A stretch of 63,609 nucleotides of DNA, counting the filler, from Craspedostauros australis (Eukaryota), in NCBI GenBank assembly GCA_030167865.1. It is 11 parts of 11 records of this genome, joined end to end, with 100 filler letters (N's around TTAATTAATTAA, not from the genome) between each part and the next. Parts side by side here need not be neighbours in the genome. Positions count along the whole stretch, not along the records: positions 1 to 3,799 come from JALAGF010005029.1; positions 3,900 to 7,432 come from JALAGF010005030.1; positions 7,533 to 9,766 come from JALAGF010005031.1; positions 9,867 to 12,421 come from JALAGF010005033.1; 7 more parts are not named here. One strand, written 5' to 3'. The notes beneath the pieces were generated by a model that saw only the letters and a list, made by a program, of their open reading frames with translations, was not told where the DNA came from and ran no database searches. The position numbers were made by a program, and so were the translations under genes. This document shows, one piece after another, positions 1 through 12,521 of the stretch. Position 1 is the first letter of the stretch; each line of letters starts with the position of its first letter.

Positions 1-1031
1 AGTACCAATGTGAAATCCGAACGTGAGTGCCACATGTGACATGAGCACAGGGGTGTGAATGTGAAATGCGATAGGCCTCTATTTAGTGAACACATCTTGC
101 TTGTTTGTTAATTGTTGCCACTGGGATAAGTGGCACTTGCGCCATTAATCGTGAAAATAGCTTACATTGACGTTTCCCAACTGGTTTTCTTTGTTTAAGG
201 ACAATCTCATCGCTAGCGACAATAGAGGGGTTCGAGTGGCTATTTTTTGGCATGGCCGGCGACCCCAGCCAATCAAATGGCTTAGACTTTATCACTGCTA
301 CGAGCANNNNNNNNNNNNNNNNNNNNNNNNNNNNNNNNNNNNNNNNNNNNNNNNNNGTTCGAGTGGCTATTTTTTGGCATGGCCGGCGACCCCAGCCAAT
401 CAAATGGCTTAGACTTTATCACTGCTACGAGCAAGCCATCTCATTGAAGGGTGAATTGAGGGGAGTTTGGGTCAATTTTCCCGAGCTTTGTTGCGCTTGG
501 GGTTCTCATTTGGAACCATGTGACGCAGACGATCTGTTCCCTGTCGGATCGATTCTCGTTGTGAACGCTGACAGAGGCGGTGGGATTGCGTGGTTGGTTT
601 CGCACGAGGAATTGTGGAACTTTGACACTTTCTCAGAAATCACGTATTGAACAAATGAAATGTAATTAGTTACATGCAGTATCTCCATTTGAGTATCTCG
701 AGGGGACAAACTTCATTGTCGTAACAGAACGACGATTCCGACCGATACGTTCATGATATCGTTGCGATGGTACTATATTATGCTCAGTATTGTTGTCGTT
801 TAGTACTAGTATTACCGCAATAGTACCAAGACATACGCAAAATTGACAAAATTGTTTTCTACAAAATCCCAACAAAACAAGGACAGAAGTGTTCCTTTGA
901 TGTGAACGGCGACACAGCAGTNNNNNNNNNNNNNNNNNNNNNNNNNNNNATCCGTTTTGGTATCATGTCGTCGGCTGTGACTTTGTGAACACAGTTGTGA
1001 GTGAGATTCTGGGTCTTTGTGTGACACCAGA

Positions 1032-1032
<1 letters not shown>

Positions 1033-1071
<39 letters not shown>
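1033..1071 (+). repeat. (AAC)n microsatellite
   Basis: About 13 perfect AAC units. Confidence 0.95.
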
Positions 1072-1072
<1 letters not shown>

Positions 1073-1625
1073 TCGGCATCGGCATCAAGATCGACAATGG
1101 CATCGGTGCTGTCATCGAGTACAACTACCCACAGGTCTGTGCTCGCTAGCAGTATGAGCCCACGCTACAAATGTGCGCAATACTTGGCACACTGGTCATA
1201 TGCAACACATGCGCACATCACAGCAAACCAATAACAAAAATGATAATGCTGATTACAATGACATAAACACGCTGCTGTCGGTCACAGTCACCACTGTGTC
1301 CTGCAATATGGGTTGAATTCAGGATTGCAGCTTTGGCAACTTCACTGATGGGGCATCTGCTTTGGTGGTGGGCATGCCATATTGGCCGCAGCACAGGACC
1401 CACCCACCCATCTATTCATCCATGAAGATCATCCATCCTTGTACCAGTTCCGGCGTTGGCATCCAGGTTGGGATCTTTCCTCTACATTCAATGGGCAGAG
1501 ATCCTTTGAGAAGTGTATGATTGTTGGTGTTGGAAAGAGTGTTGGAGCAATGTTGTGGTGGCCTTGTGCAAGCAACAGGAAGCCTTGACACCATTGGACT
1601 CCATTCAACCTCAAGCATCCAGCTG

Positions 1626-2435
1626 TGTCGAGATGTACATGCGTGTATATGTCAAGATGTATGTGTATATGTGCATTGTTCACCTGTTAATCTCTTATTC
1701 ATATACGGACGGTACAACTACATTCGTGTCAATTGTATACTGTGATTTGTCAGAATTACAGTGGAAATGGAACACACAAAAATGAGCAGATTTTCTGGAG
1801 GAAATTTGCAATCAACGATTTCTGAGGGAATCAGGAACATCATCTGTCCATCCATCAATGGAAACATATGGTATTGAGCGAAGCTTGATGTACCTCCCAA
1901 CTAAGCCCCAGATGATGATATCATCTGACAGACCACTGCATCACCAATGGAACGTGACATCTGGAGAGCAGAAGGACGCCTACTGACGTTGACAGGATGT
2001 CATCGTGTCACCACATCGACATCTGTCTCCAAGTCAGAGCAGGAGGCGATGATCCGATGACCCATGAAGATCATGGATACTGAAAGTGAACTTCAAATGG
2101 TAAGTACTCATGGAGTAGGAGCCAGTACTGAATGAACAAAGTATCGAATGCAGAGTACGCATTGAACACGGAGCATCGTGTAGTATGAAACACACGATAT
2201 TAAGACAGAGAAAGAGAGAGAGAATACAGAGAGGAGCGAGAGAGCATCTCGCGTACCGACTCATAGTCGGACGACCGAATCTACAAGACAAATTGAAGCA
2301 CCAAGAGCATCGGGCAAGAGAACGGGCGTACACTGAGAGGATCGGAGTAGCCAAGTAATGAAATAGCAAACGAACGACTATCAACAAACACCACCCTCCA
2401 CGATCGTAGGCTACCAATCACGGAACTTGCCAACA
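1626..2435 (+). mobile_element. Copia LTR, family A (~810 bp)
   Basis: Starts TGTCGAGATG and ends GGAACTTGCCAACA; colinear with the LTR at 25350-26152, which follows an RNase H and polypurine tract. Confidence 0.9.
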
Positions 2436-2903
2436 GAGGAACAGGAAGATGACAGCTGACATAGACAGGATGTCATTGTCTCACTATGTCAACATCTGTC
2501 TCCATGTCAGAAGCAGAAGGTGAAGATTTGATGACCAAAGGGCATCAAGATCATGGATACACAAGATGGAGTTCAAGTGGCAAGCACTTGTGGAGTAGAA
2601 GTCAGTAGTGAACGAACGGAGTGTCGAATGTGGAGTATGCATTGAACACGGAGTATCATGTAGCATAAACATGCAACATTGAGAAGAGAGAGAATACGAA
2701 TTGCAGCAAGAGAGCATCTCGCGTACCAACTCATAGTCGGAGACCAATCTACAAAACACAGAGACGCGCCAAGAGCATTGGGCAAGAGAACGGAGACACA
2801 AAGAGGATTGGAGTGCTCAAGGAATGAAATAGCAAACAGAACAACTATCAACCAACACCGTCTTCCATGATTGCAAGTTATCCATCCATGGAACTTGCCA
2901 ACA
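2436..2903 (+). mobile_element. 3' portion of a second family A LTR, directly in tandem
   Basis: Matches the LTR from GACAGGATGTCATTGT through to GGAACTTGCCAACA. Confidence 0.85.
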
Positions 2904-3717
2904 TGTGTGCTCTGTTCTCTGGATACTCTGGTGTTGCAGATTTGTAGCTTGTTGCTGATTGCTGATTGCTTTGCAGTAGGTTTGATGTTCAATGCTCGAT
3001 GCCTTGCCTGCTGCTGGTTGCTTTCTCCTGGATCCTTTCCATGGATTTGTTGTTTGTGGCTGCATGCNNNNNNNNNNNNNNNNNNNNNNNNNNNNNNNNN
3101 NNNNNNNNNNNNNNNNNNNNNNNNNNNTGGTTGGGTCAAGTGGTGTGCTGGATGCTCCTCCCTCTCTCTCTCTTGTAAATCATCACTGCCAATTCACTAC
3201 TGCTTGCCAAATGACATCTGGCAAAGATCACTGCTGATGCATTGATAGTTGGTGGTGGCAAAATACTCTGATTGATGCTCAGCCGTGTGTGAAGTTGTTG
3301 GGTGTGATCAGAAGCTCTTCAGCTGCTGTTTGGAGCTGCCCACTCATTGATTGATGGCAGATGTTTCAGCTCCTGCCGCATGCTGTGTTCTGATTGGCGA
3401 GTTGTTTCAGAATACAGAATGCAGTCTGCATGTTGAATAATGCTGACGANTTCATTGTACATTGGTGTCTGGCAGATGCTTNGCTGGATGCTTTGCCTGC
3501 TGTTTTTGCATTGGCAATGTGTGGTCTGATGAGATGGTGAAGACAGAGCAAAGGAACAATGTATACACCATGCATGCCCACTTCAATTGTTGCAAAGGAT
3601 GATGGTGTCATTGCTGAAAGATCAGTGACATAAGCATAGCATGCCAAGTCCATGACTCGGTGCACCGCACATCTGCGACAGTCAGGAGGTTCTGCAATGA
3701 ATAACAACTATGTTGCT

Positions 3718-3799
3718 TGTCGAGATGTACATGTGAGTATATATCAAGATGTACGTGTATATGTGCATCGTTCACCCGCTATTCTCTCATACGCACTTG
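3718..3799 (+). mobile_element. 5' end of a family A LTR, cut by scaffold end
   Basis: TGTCGAGATGTACATGTGAGTATAT...TTCTCTCATACGCACTTG is nearly identical to the start of 25350. Confidence 0.9.
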
Positions 3800-3899
3800 N
3801 NNNNNNNNNNNNNNNNNNNNNNNNNNNNNNNNNNNNNNNNNNNTTAATTAATTAANNNNNNNNNNNNNNNNNNNNNNNNNNNNNNNNNNNNNNNNNNNN

Positions 3900-4229
3900 C
3901 CGTGTTGACGGACAGACATATATTTTGCGCTTTTTACTGTTGTCGGTGCGAAAGAGTCGTTTTTGCTTCGGGTGTTTTTTCAGCCCGGTCAGGTGATCAT
4001 GGTGGCCGACAGAGGAGTTTTGCACAACAAGTAAAGTCGCCAACGCAGAAAACCAGCCAAACAAAGTGCCCAAGCGCACACCAATTCGATTTGTAAGTGG
4101 TATAGTTTACAGTGAANNNNNNNNNNNNNNNNNNNNNNNNNNNNNNNNNNNNNNNNNNNNNNNNNNCAAAGTGCCCAAGCGCACACCAATTCGATTTGTA
4201 AGTGGTATAGTTTACAGTGAAAGCTGGCA
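3900..4229 (-). mobile_element. 3' LTR (partial) of a Copia element, family B
   Basis: On the minus strand a purine tract GATGAAGGGGCG is followed by TGCCAGC..., immediately after the RNase H remnant. Confidence 0.6.
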
Positions 4230-4239
4230 CGCCCCTTCA

Positions 4240-5030
4240 TCTTGAGGATGCCTCCTGTCGAACAGAGCAGTGACGAAAGTGGCGAGTGCTTGTCTCGCCA
4301 GTGCTTTTGTGAGCATATCCGCAAAGTTTTGTGCTGGTGGATCATATACTGGCACTTGCATACCGGCTCACACAGATTCGCGGANTTTGCGAAATGATAT
4401 CGCTGCATGCTTCTTTTGTAGCAGGCTCTCTGTGATCGTCGTGTTCGAGATCGCAGCATTGTTGTCACATGATGCGATTACTGGCGACTTGACTTGCACC
4501 CTCAGCAATTGGAGTGCACATTGTAGCACAATGATCTCTTCTGCCACGGATCCCATGACATTGAATTCGGCGCCATATGTTGAAGTTGCGGCTGATGATT
4601 GCCTCTTGCTTGAGAAGTATACTGGTGTTCTTCCAACGCATAGAATGATGCCAGCATTGGATCTTCATGTGACTCAATCGTGTGCATGATCGCCATTGAT
4701 GAATGCATACATTGGCAGTTGTCGGTAGATCAGCTTTGGCGATCTGTTGTCGATTTCCTCTGATGCTTCCGGGTATTCCTCCTTCATCTGCGAGGCCATT
4801 TCTGGATTGGATGGTGTTGCATTGAAGTTGTCAAGTATTATCGGGCGAGAGTCAATCTGTGTTTGCAATGTGGACTTGTGCTCCAGATATCCCCATACTT
4901 TGATGGCTCTCTCAAGACGTCATTTGCAAGATGATGCAGTGAAACGTGAAAATGAAGAAGTTGCAAATGCAAAATCAAAACGTCCAAGTTGAACAACTCA
5001 GTTCATCGTCCCGATGAGCTGCTGGAACTG
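4240..5030 (-). pseudogene. Degenerate Copia RT C-terminus and RNase H
   Basis: Frameshifted motifs: QLGRFDFAFATSSFSRF, TYGAEFNVM, CDNNAAISNTT..ESLLQKKHAAISF..RESV, NFADMLTKAL. Confidence 0.85.
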
Positions 5031-5481
5031 GTGTTGTTAGTCAGGTGTTAGTAGTTTGGAGTCATCCGTTTCCAGATGATTCTTGTTCTGCGTGGGACCA
5101 TGATGGTTGTGTATTGATCCCTGTTGTTGTTCCAACTTGTCCAATGCATTTGCAATGTATTTGCTGCAGGCAGTCTTGCAGCAGATACTGTGATAACACC
5201 TGATCCACAGCCACCGTTGGACCTCAAGAAGCCAATCGTCCACATGAATGATGTCATTCTGCTTCCGCTGATGCTGCACGAGAGTGCCAGCATGCACCCT
5301 GCGGCATTGGCTGCAGTGGGTCGNNNNNNNNNNNNNNNNNNNNNNNNNNNNNNNNNNNNNNNNNNNNNNNNNNNNNNNNNNNNNNNNNNNNNNNNNNNNN
5401 NNNNNNNNNNNNNNNNNNNNNNNNNNNNNNNNNNNNNNNNNNNNNNNNNNNNNNNNNNNNNNNNNNNNNNNNNNNNNNNNN

Positions 5482-7432
5482 GTTTTCGACATCACCCCTG
5501 GACATCGTGCTTGTCGCATTCCGTAGTGGCGATCCAGACTGCGGCATTCATATCTCATGGATAACAGCAAACATGAGGTGTGGACCCTGGGCAATGTGGC
5601 ATATTGGCAAGTTCCGCTCACGGATACTCTTGCGACTGTTGACGGTGGTGGTGGTGGTTGTTAGTATTTCGTTTGCTATTTCATTGCGTTGTTCTGGTGC
5701 CTCTCGGAGTCTCCCAATACTCTTGGTGTCTCTCAACTATCGTCCGACTATGAGTTGGCATGTGAGATGCTCTCTCGCTNNNNNNNNNNNNNNNNNNNNN
5801 NNNNNNNNNNNNNNNNNNNNNNNNNNNNNNNNNNNNNNNNNNNNNNNNNNTTAGATACATACTCTGTATTCGATACATACTCCATCATTTCGTCCTCTAC
5901 TGGTGCACTACTCTGTGAGTATTCGCCAATGTCTCATCTGAACTCCTCCTTGCATATCCACGATCTTGATGTCACTTAGTCATTGAATCTTCGCCTTCTT
6001 GATCTGATGTGGAGACAGATGTTAATGTGGTGACATGATGACATCCTGTTGATGTCAGCTGTTGTCTTCCATGATCCTTCAGATTCCATATTCCATCGAT
6101 GATGCAGTGGTATGGCGAGGATATCATCATTTGAGGTTTAGTTATGAAATACATCAATCCTTGCTCGATGTCATGCATTTCTGTCAGTTGATGGACAGAC
6201 TGCATTCCTGATGCTCTCAGAAATGATTGTTCACAAATGCCCTTCCGAAATTCTGATTTTTTGTGTGTGCCCGATTTTGTGATGTGATTTCGATCAACCA
6301 CAGATCAATCACAGATCACTCACAACGCAAATGTTTGCGCCGCTTGTGCATAGAGCATAAGAGAACAATGGGTGGGCGATGCACATACACATATGTACAT
6401 TCCAACAGGCAAGGCAACAATCACAGGGCACACATTCACGGCTACTCTGGTTGCTATTGATTTCTGGCTGTTCATTGCTGTCACAACCATGGAGAACAAG
6501 ACCATCTATGGCGCTGACATTTACAATGCATTTGCTGGGGCTTCTTGTGGTGCACAGAAGTACTACATGCATGTTGACAGCCCCTTCGCTGAATGGTGGC
6601 AGTCGTAGGGACGCGCACCCATTCCGTGTGGCTGCATGACTCTCATCAGCAAGAATCTTCAGGGTCATTCCTGAGCACTATGGCAGTGGGCGGTGCACAT
6701 CGAAGCACAGCTGTAGCGCATGGGCTTCAGGCCCACCACGCATGCTCTATGCCTATACCGCGGCGCTTCCAAAGAACACAACATGCTCTTTCTACATCAG
6801 GTTGATGACTTTGCCATTACATGCAGTGATGTAGCGGCTTGCTCCACAATCTGCGATGAGCTTGGATTCGTTCCTGTTCATTCCCATGAAATGATTCAGC
6901 GTTCTCCAACACTTCATTGGTGCGGATCTGATCCAAACTTCCACACATGTCTCCATCCACAATAGCACACAACTCAATAAGGTTTTCAAATGGCATGAGC
7001 AGAAGAAGATGAATGGTGCGCTCACTCCAATGGATGATGGCAATGCACACACACGCAAGCTGGATGATTCTGAAGCCTTGGATGCATGCGGCCTCAAGCA
7101 GGTACAGGCAGACATTGAATGCTATTGTGAGGCTATTGGCGAACTCATCTGTCCTATGGTCACCTGTAGGCCAGCCATCGCTTTTCCCATCGTGAAACTC
7201 TTGCAATTCTTGGCGAAGCTGGCCATAGATCATTTCGCTGTTGCCAAGCAGGTTTCTCGATATCTCTTCCACACTCCCGCTCAAGGCATCGCGCTGCATT
7301 GCACCGACGTTGTCCATGCACTACTGCCCATGCCTGTTCCAGCCAAGAAAACGCCAGTGCATGATGATGTATTTGGCCATCCAGCAGAACAACCCAATGT
7401 CCTCTAAAGGTATGCTGACAGTGATTGGGCCA
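5482..7432 (+). pseudogene. Degenerate Copia RT to RNase H start, interrupted by a solo LTR
   Basis: GKATITGHTF..IYGADIYNAFA (6408-6540), LHQVDDFA catalytic motif (~6790), AIGELICPMVTCRPAIA, YADSDWA (~7411); many stops and frameshifts. Confidence 0.85.
5602..6407 (-). mobile_element. Solo LTR, diverged family A, inserted into the RT remnant
   Basis: Reverse-complement homology to 25350-26152; ends TATTGGCAAGTTCC and TTCCAACA; flanked by GGCA on both sides. Confidence 0.8.
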
Positions 7433-8156
7433 NNNNNNNNNNNNNNNNNNNNNNNNNNNNNNNNNNNNNNNNNNNNTTAATTAATTAANNNNNNNNNNNN
7501 NNNNNNNNNNNNNNNNNNNNNNNNNNNNNNNNTACCATTTGGGCATTTGTTAGTCCCTTTTCAGTACTGGTTGACGTGCTTTTGAGACTAATTTATGCCT
7601 TCGTGTCCATTCCGACAATAAGCAACATTATTTAGACCCATTTGTGTCGCCTGTTGTGCGTCATGTGACAAAATTGGGACTATGTGAGTCCTTGAAATGA
7701 CCGATTTGGACCGAAATACCATGATTTTGGACCACTGTGATGCCATTTGGTGTGTTTATCTACTGTGACATTGATACGTATCCGTATCCACTAGGTCGTA
7801 TTCAANNNNNNNNNNNNNNNNNNNNNNNNNNNNNNNNNNNNNNNNNNNNNNNNNNTATTCAACCACCCCAATGGATTGTCCAACCGTGCATGGACTGTTT
7901 GCGACATTCCAAGACATTCGCCACCAACACCGAGGAATGGGACATTTCGATTTGCTTGTTGTCGATTCACCAGGTTGTACTCGACCGCACAGGCTAATTG
8001 TCCGATACTGCTTCGTCTTTTTGCGGTAACACGGGAAGGTATTGGCATCACAGCGAACTCACGATCGTGCTTGTTTCGTTTTCGCACAAAGTCAGAACGG
8101 GAGAAACCAAACATGCCATGCCAACGGACCAGGACGCCCACACACACACACACACA

Positions 8157-9683
8157 CATCAACGAATCGGTGCATTGGCACATCAACACATCCGAACATT
8201 GGCACATCCACACATCAACACATCTGAACATTGGCGTATCCACTTGTTCTCTCATCAACACATCTGAACATTGGCACATCCACACATCAACACATCAACA
8301 CATTCAAACATTGGCACATTCACTCGTCCTTGTATCAACACATCCAAACATTGGCGCGTCCACTCATCCTTGCATCAACACATCCAAACATTGGAGCATC
8401 CACACATCAACACATCTGCACACCCAAACATTGGCACATCCNNNNNNNNNNNNNNNNNNNNNNNNNNNNNNNNNNNNNNNNNNNNNNNNNNGTTTCGTTT
8501 TCGCACAAAGTCAGAACGGGAGAAACCAAACATGCCATGCCAACGGACCAGGACGCCCACACACACACACACACACATCAACGAATCGGTGCATTGGCAC
8601 ATCAACACATCCGAACATTGGCACATCCACACATCAACACATCTGAACATTGGCGTATCCACTTGTTCTCTCATCAACACATCTGAACATTGGCACATCC
8701 ACACATCAACACATCAACACATTCAAACATTGGCACATTCACTCGTCCTTGTATCAACACATCCAAACATTGGCGCGTCCACTCATCCTTGCATCAACAC
8801 ATCCAAACATTGGAGCATCCACACATCAACACATCTGCACACCCAAACATTGGCACATCCACACATCAACACATCTGCACATCCAAACATTGGCACATCT
8901 ACTCATCCTCACATCAACACATCCAAACATTGGCAGATCCACACATCAACACATCTGCACATCTCAACATTGGCGCATTCACTCGTCCTCTCATCAACAC
9001 ATCCAAACATTGGCACATCCACTCGTCCTCGCATCAACACATCCATACATTGGCGCATTCACTCATCCTCGCATCAACACATCCAAACATTGGCACATCC
9101 ACGTGTCCTTGCATCAACACATCCAAACATCAGCACATTCGCACATCAACACATCGACACATTGGCACATCAACACATCCACACATCAACACATCTGCAC
9201 ATCCAAACATTGGCACATTCACTCGTCCTTGTATCAACACATCCAAACATTGGCATGTCCACTCATCCTTGCATCAACACATCCAAACATTGGAGCATCC
9301 ACACATCAACACATCTGCACACCCAAACATTGGCACATCCACACATCCTCATATCAACACATCTGAACATTGGCGTGTCCACTCGTCCTCGCATCAACAC
9401 ATCCAAACATTGGCGCATTCACTCATCCTTGCATCAACACATCTGAACATTGGCATGTCCATGCATCCTTGCATCAACACATCTGAACATTGGCGCATCC
9501 TCGTATCAACACATCCGCACACTGGCACATTCACTCGTCCTCACATCAACACATCCGAACATTGGCGCATCCACGCGTCCTCGCATCAACACATCCAAAC
9601 ATTGGTGCATCCACACGTCCTCTCGTCAACACATCCAAACGTTGGTGCATTCACTCGTCCTCACATCAACACATCCGCACATT
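8157..9683 (+). repeat. CA-rich minisatellite, ~40-bp unit
   Basis: Units ACTCRTCCTYGCATCAACACATCCAAACATTGGCRCATCC and ACACATCAACACATCTGCACATCCAAACATTGGCACATCC are interleaved; the long His/Thr-rich ORFs in all plus frames are a by-product. Confidence 0.95.
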
Positions 9684-9866
9684 GATAGAACGATAATGAA
9701 AACGAGGTGAACTTACTGAACGCCGAAGGGTGATCAATCCGTGGTAGTGCAGTAGGTTGGTGAGTTNNNNNNNNNNNNNNNNNNNNNNNNNNNNNNNNNN
9801 NNNNNNNNNNTTAATTAATTAANNNNNNNNNNNNNNNNNNNNNNNNNNNNNNNNNNNNNNNNNNNN

Positions 9867-10480
9867 TCTTATCTGGTAGTGAATGCTCTATGAACATAAG
9901 CAGATGGCTTATGCGGATAAGAAATAATCTTATCCGGTAGTGAATGCTCTGTGAACATAAGCAGATGGCTTATGCGGATAAGAAATAATCTTATTCGGTA
10001 GTGAATGCTCTATGAACTAAGCAGATGGCTTATACGGATAAGAAATAATCTTATCCGGTAGTGAATGCTCTATGAACCANNNNNNNNNNNNNNNNNNNNN
10101 NNNNNNNNNNNNNNNNNNNNNNNNNNNNNGGCTTGTATGGATAAGAACTGATCTGTGCTATTGATAGATCTGTGCCATTGATAAACGCTCTTTCCACCCA
10201 ATGGAGGGCTTGTGCGGATAAGACCGGATCTCTGTCATTATAAACGCTCTTTGAACCAAATGGAGGGCTTGTATGAATCGGAACGCTCCTGTGTCATTGA
10301 TAAACGTTCTTTCCACTAAATGGAGGGCTTGTACGGACAAGAATGAATCTGTCCCTGTCATGAACACTGTTGGAACCAAATGGAGGGCTTGTATGGATTG
10401 GAACACTCCTGTGTCATTGATAAACTATGTTTCAACCAAATGGATGGCTTGCGCGGAAAGGGACTGAATATGTATCCATG
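9867..10480 (+). repeat. 60/61-bp tandem array with internal hairpins
   Basis: Units start at 9867, 9928, 9989 and 10049; related diverged 60-bp units (AAATGGAGGGCTTGT...TGTCATTGATAAAC) run from 10129 to ~10480. Confidence 0.9.
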
Positions 10481-10981
10481 TCATAAGCCTCGATTTATCT
10501 TACGGACACCTTGCATGGATGTTCGTGAATGATGTCGATCCCAGTGAGTGTTCTGTGGAATGTCTGAGGAAGCTGAGGAACATGACCCAAGACCAACTCG
10601 CGTTGAGAGAACAGCGCGCGAATACTCTCACCAGCCAACAGATCGTGGAGACAAACACGGAAATCCTTGTGTTCTGCATCACCGTGTATTGCAAGTGATT
10701 GCTGTGCAATGCAGCAAATGGCGGACTCTNCTTCTCGAGATGTCAGCATCAATGTGCGATGGCCATCGGCTGCACCTCGACAGCAACTCACATGCCGCCT
10801 GGTGCCAACAAAGTATTGACGTCAACAACAACGACGGCCAACAATCACGTGCAAGCAACCGAATCAACTACTTCTCACAATACCTGCCCACGACAGTATC
10901 CGATCCACCATCAAGCCAACATCCAATCCACTACATTGCGCATCAACTTGCTCCACCTCGCAATGACTCATTCAGAAGACG

Positions 10982-12421
10982 ATGGAGGTCGAGATTGCCC
11001 ACTCTGGTATGCAAATTGTGGGTTGCGACGCGGACATGCTCACTTGCATGGAGCAACCCCCATGGCTCACCATCCTTTTCCGCAGGACGTATGGGACCAG
11101 CATCGCAGTGGCTTCTGCAGTATGGACAGCACTGACACAAGACNGGCTGCTACNNGGCAACACCACAATCAACCACATGCTTGGTGCACTCGTATTCCTG
11201 AAGCAATACAGTCCATGGGAGATTCTTTCAGTGATGCTGAATAGGGATTGCAGAACATTGATGAAGTGGACATGGATTGTTTTGGAAGGCATTGCATGAC
11301 TGAGCAGAACAAAGGTGAGTGAACTTGGTGCTGTGTGCGGAGATGGCTTGAATGCGTGTGCTTGCCTGACATGCCTCACATNNNNNNNNNNNNNNNNNNN
11401 NNNNNNNNNNNNNNNNNNNNNNNNNNNNNNNCCATCCTTTTCCGCAGGACGTATGGGACCAGCATCGCAGTGGCTTCTGCAGTATGGACAGCACTGACAC
11501 AAGACAGGCTGCTACTGGGCAACACCACAATCAACCACATGCTTGGTGCACTCGTATTCCTGAAGCAATACAGTCCATGGGAGATTCTTTCAGTGATGCT
11601 GAATAGGGATNGCAGAACATTNATGAAGTNGACATGGATTGTTTTGGAAGGCATTGCNNGACTGAGCAGAACAAAGGTGAGTGAACTTGGTGCTGTGTGC
11701 GGAGATGGCTTGAATGCGTGTGCTTGCCTGACATGCCTCACATCCCTTGCACATGCTCGAGTTCCTTTTTGTATCACTGCAGATCAGAATAGAGGAACGC
11801 AAGAATGGCAGTGTTGGTCACAACACTGTTTTCATGTCCATGGATGGCACAGACTTTCGGATTGTGGAGCCCAATCCTTTTGACACAGATTGGTACTCTC
11901 ACAAATTCAATGGGGCAGGCCTCAGATACGAGACTGGTGTGTGCATTCAGACAGGCCATCTTGTTTGGGTCGAGGGTCCATTTCCATGTGGGGAGTGGAA
12001 TGATGTTACCATTTTTCGACGCAAGCTGAGGCAGGAACTGGACGAAGGGGAGCAGGTGATTGCGGATCAAGGCTACAGGGGTGAGCCTTCGTGTTGCATT
12101 GAGAGGACCAGATACAATGGAGTGACACGTGCAAGGCACGAAACAGTTCACAAACGCTTCAAAAACTGGAAGTGCTTGTGGGTGGAGTGGCGGCACCAAC
12201 TTTGCAAACACCAACTGGCAATGTATGCCATCGCAGCTATCACACAATTCGAACTGCAGGATGAAAATCCTTTGTTTGACCTGCAGGAGACCATGGCGGA
12301 TATCCGGGAAATGGAGAATTGGGTGGCATCACTGGCGCCCCCCTCAGGAGCAGACACCTCACAGGAGGTGGATATGGAGGAAATGGTGGAGGACGAAGCC
12401 AGAAGCGAGGAGAGCAACAGC
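10982..12421 (+). mobile_element. PIF/Harbinger-related DDE transposase (DDE_Tnp_4-like), 2 exons, 3'-truncated
   Basis: Exon 1 FRRTYGTS..AVW..HMLGALVFLKQY..KWTW; phase-0 GT-AG intron 11677-11782; exon 2 MDGTDFRI, WYSHKFNGAGLRYE, GPFPCG..D, ADQGYRG, ARHETV..RFK. The exon 1 3' part is duplicated across an N gap; the first copy has TGA at 11297. Confidence 0.88.
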
Positions 12422-12521
12422 NNNNNNNNNNNNNNNNNNNNNNNNNNNNNNNNNNNNNNNNNNNNTTAATTAATTAANNNNNNNNNNNNNNNNNNNNNNN
12501 NNNNNNNNNNNNNNNNNNNNN

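Noticed and set aside
7876..9710. Long His/Thr-rich ORFs up to 391 aa
   Set aside because: Open in all three plus frames because the CA-rich 40-bp repeat lacks stop codons; the unit length is not a multiple of three.
8157..10480. CRISPR-like appearance of the two tandem arrays
   Set aside because: No unique spacers, no cas genes, eukaryotic context.
11297..11299. In-frame TGA as possible recoding or selenocysteine
   Set aside because: The overlapping duplicate is ambiguous (N) at this position; a CGA-to-TGA change among TE copies is the simpler explanation.
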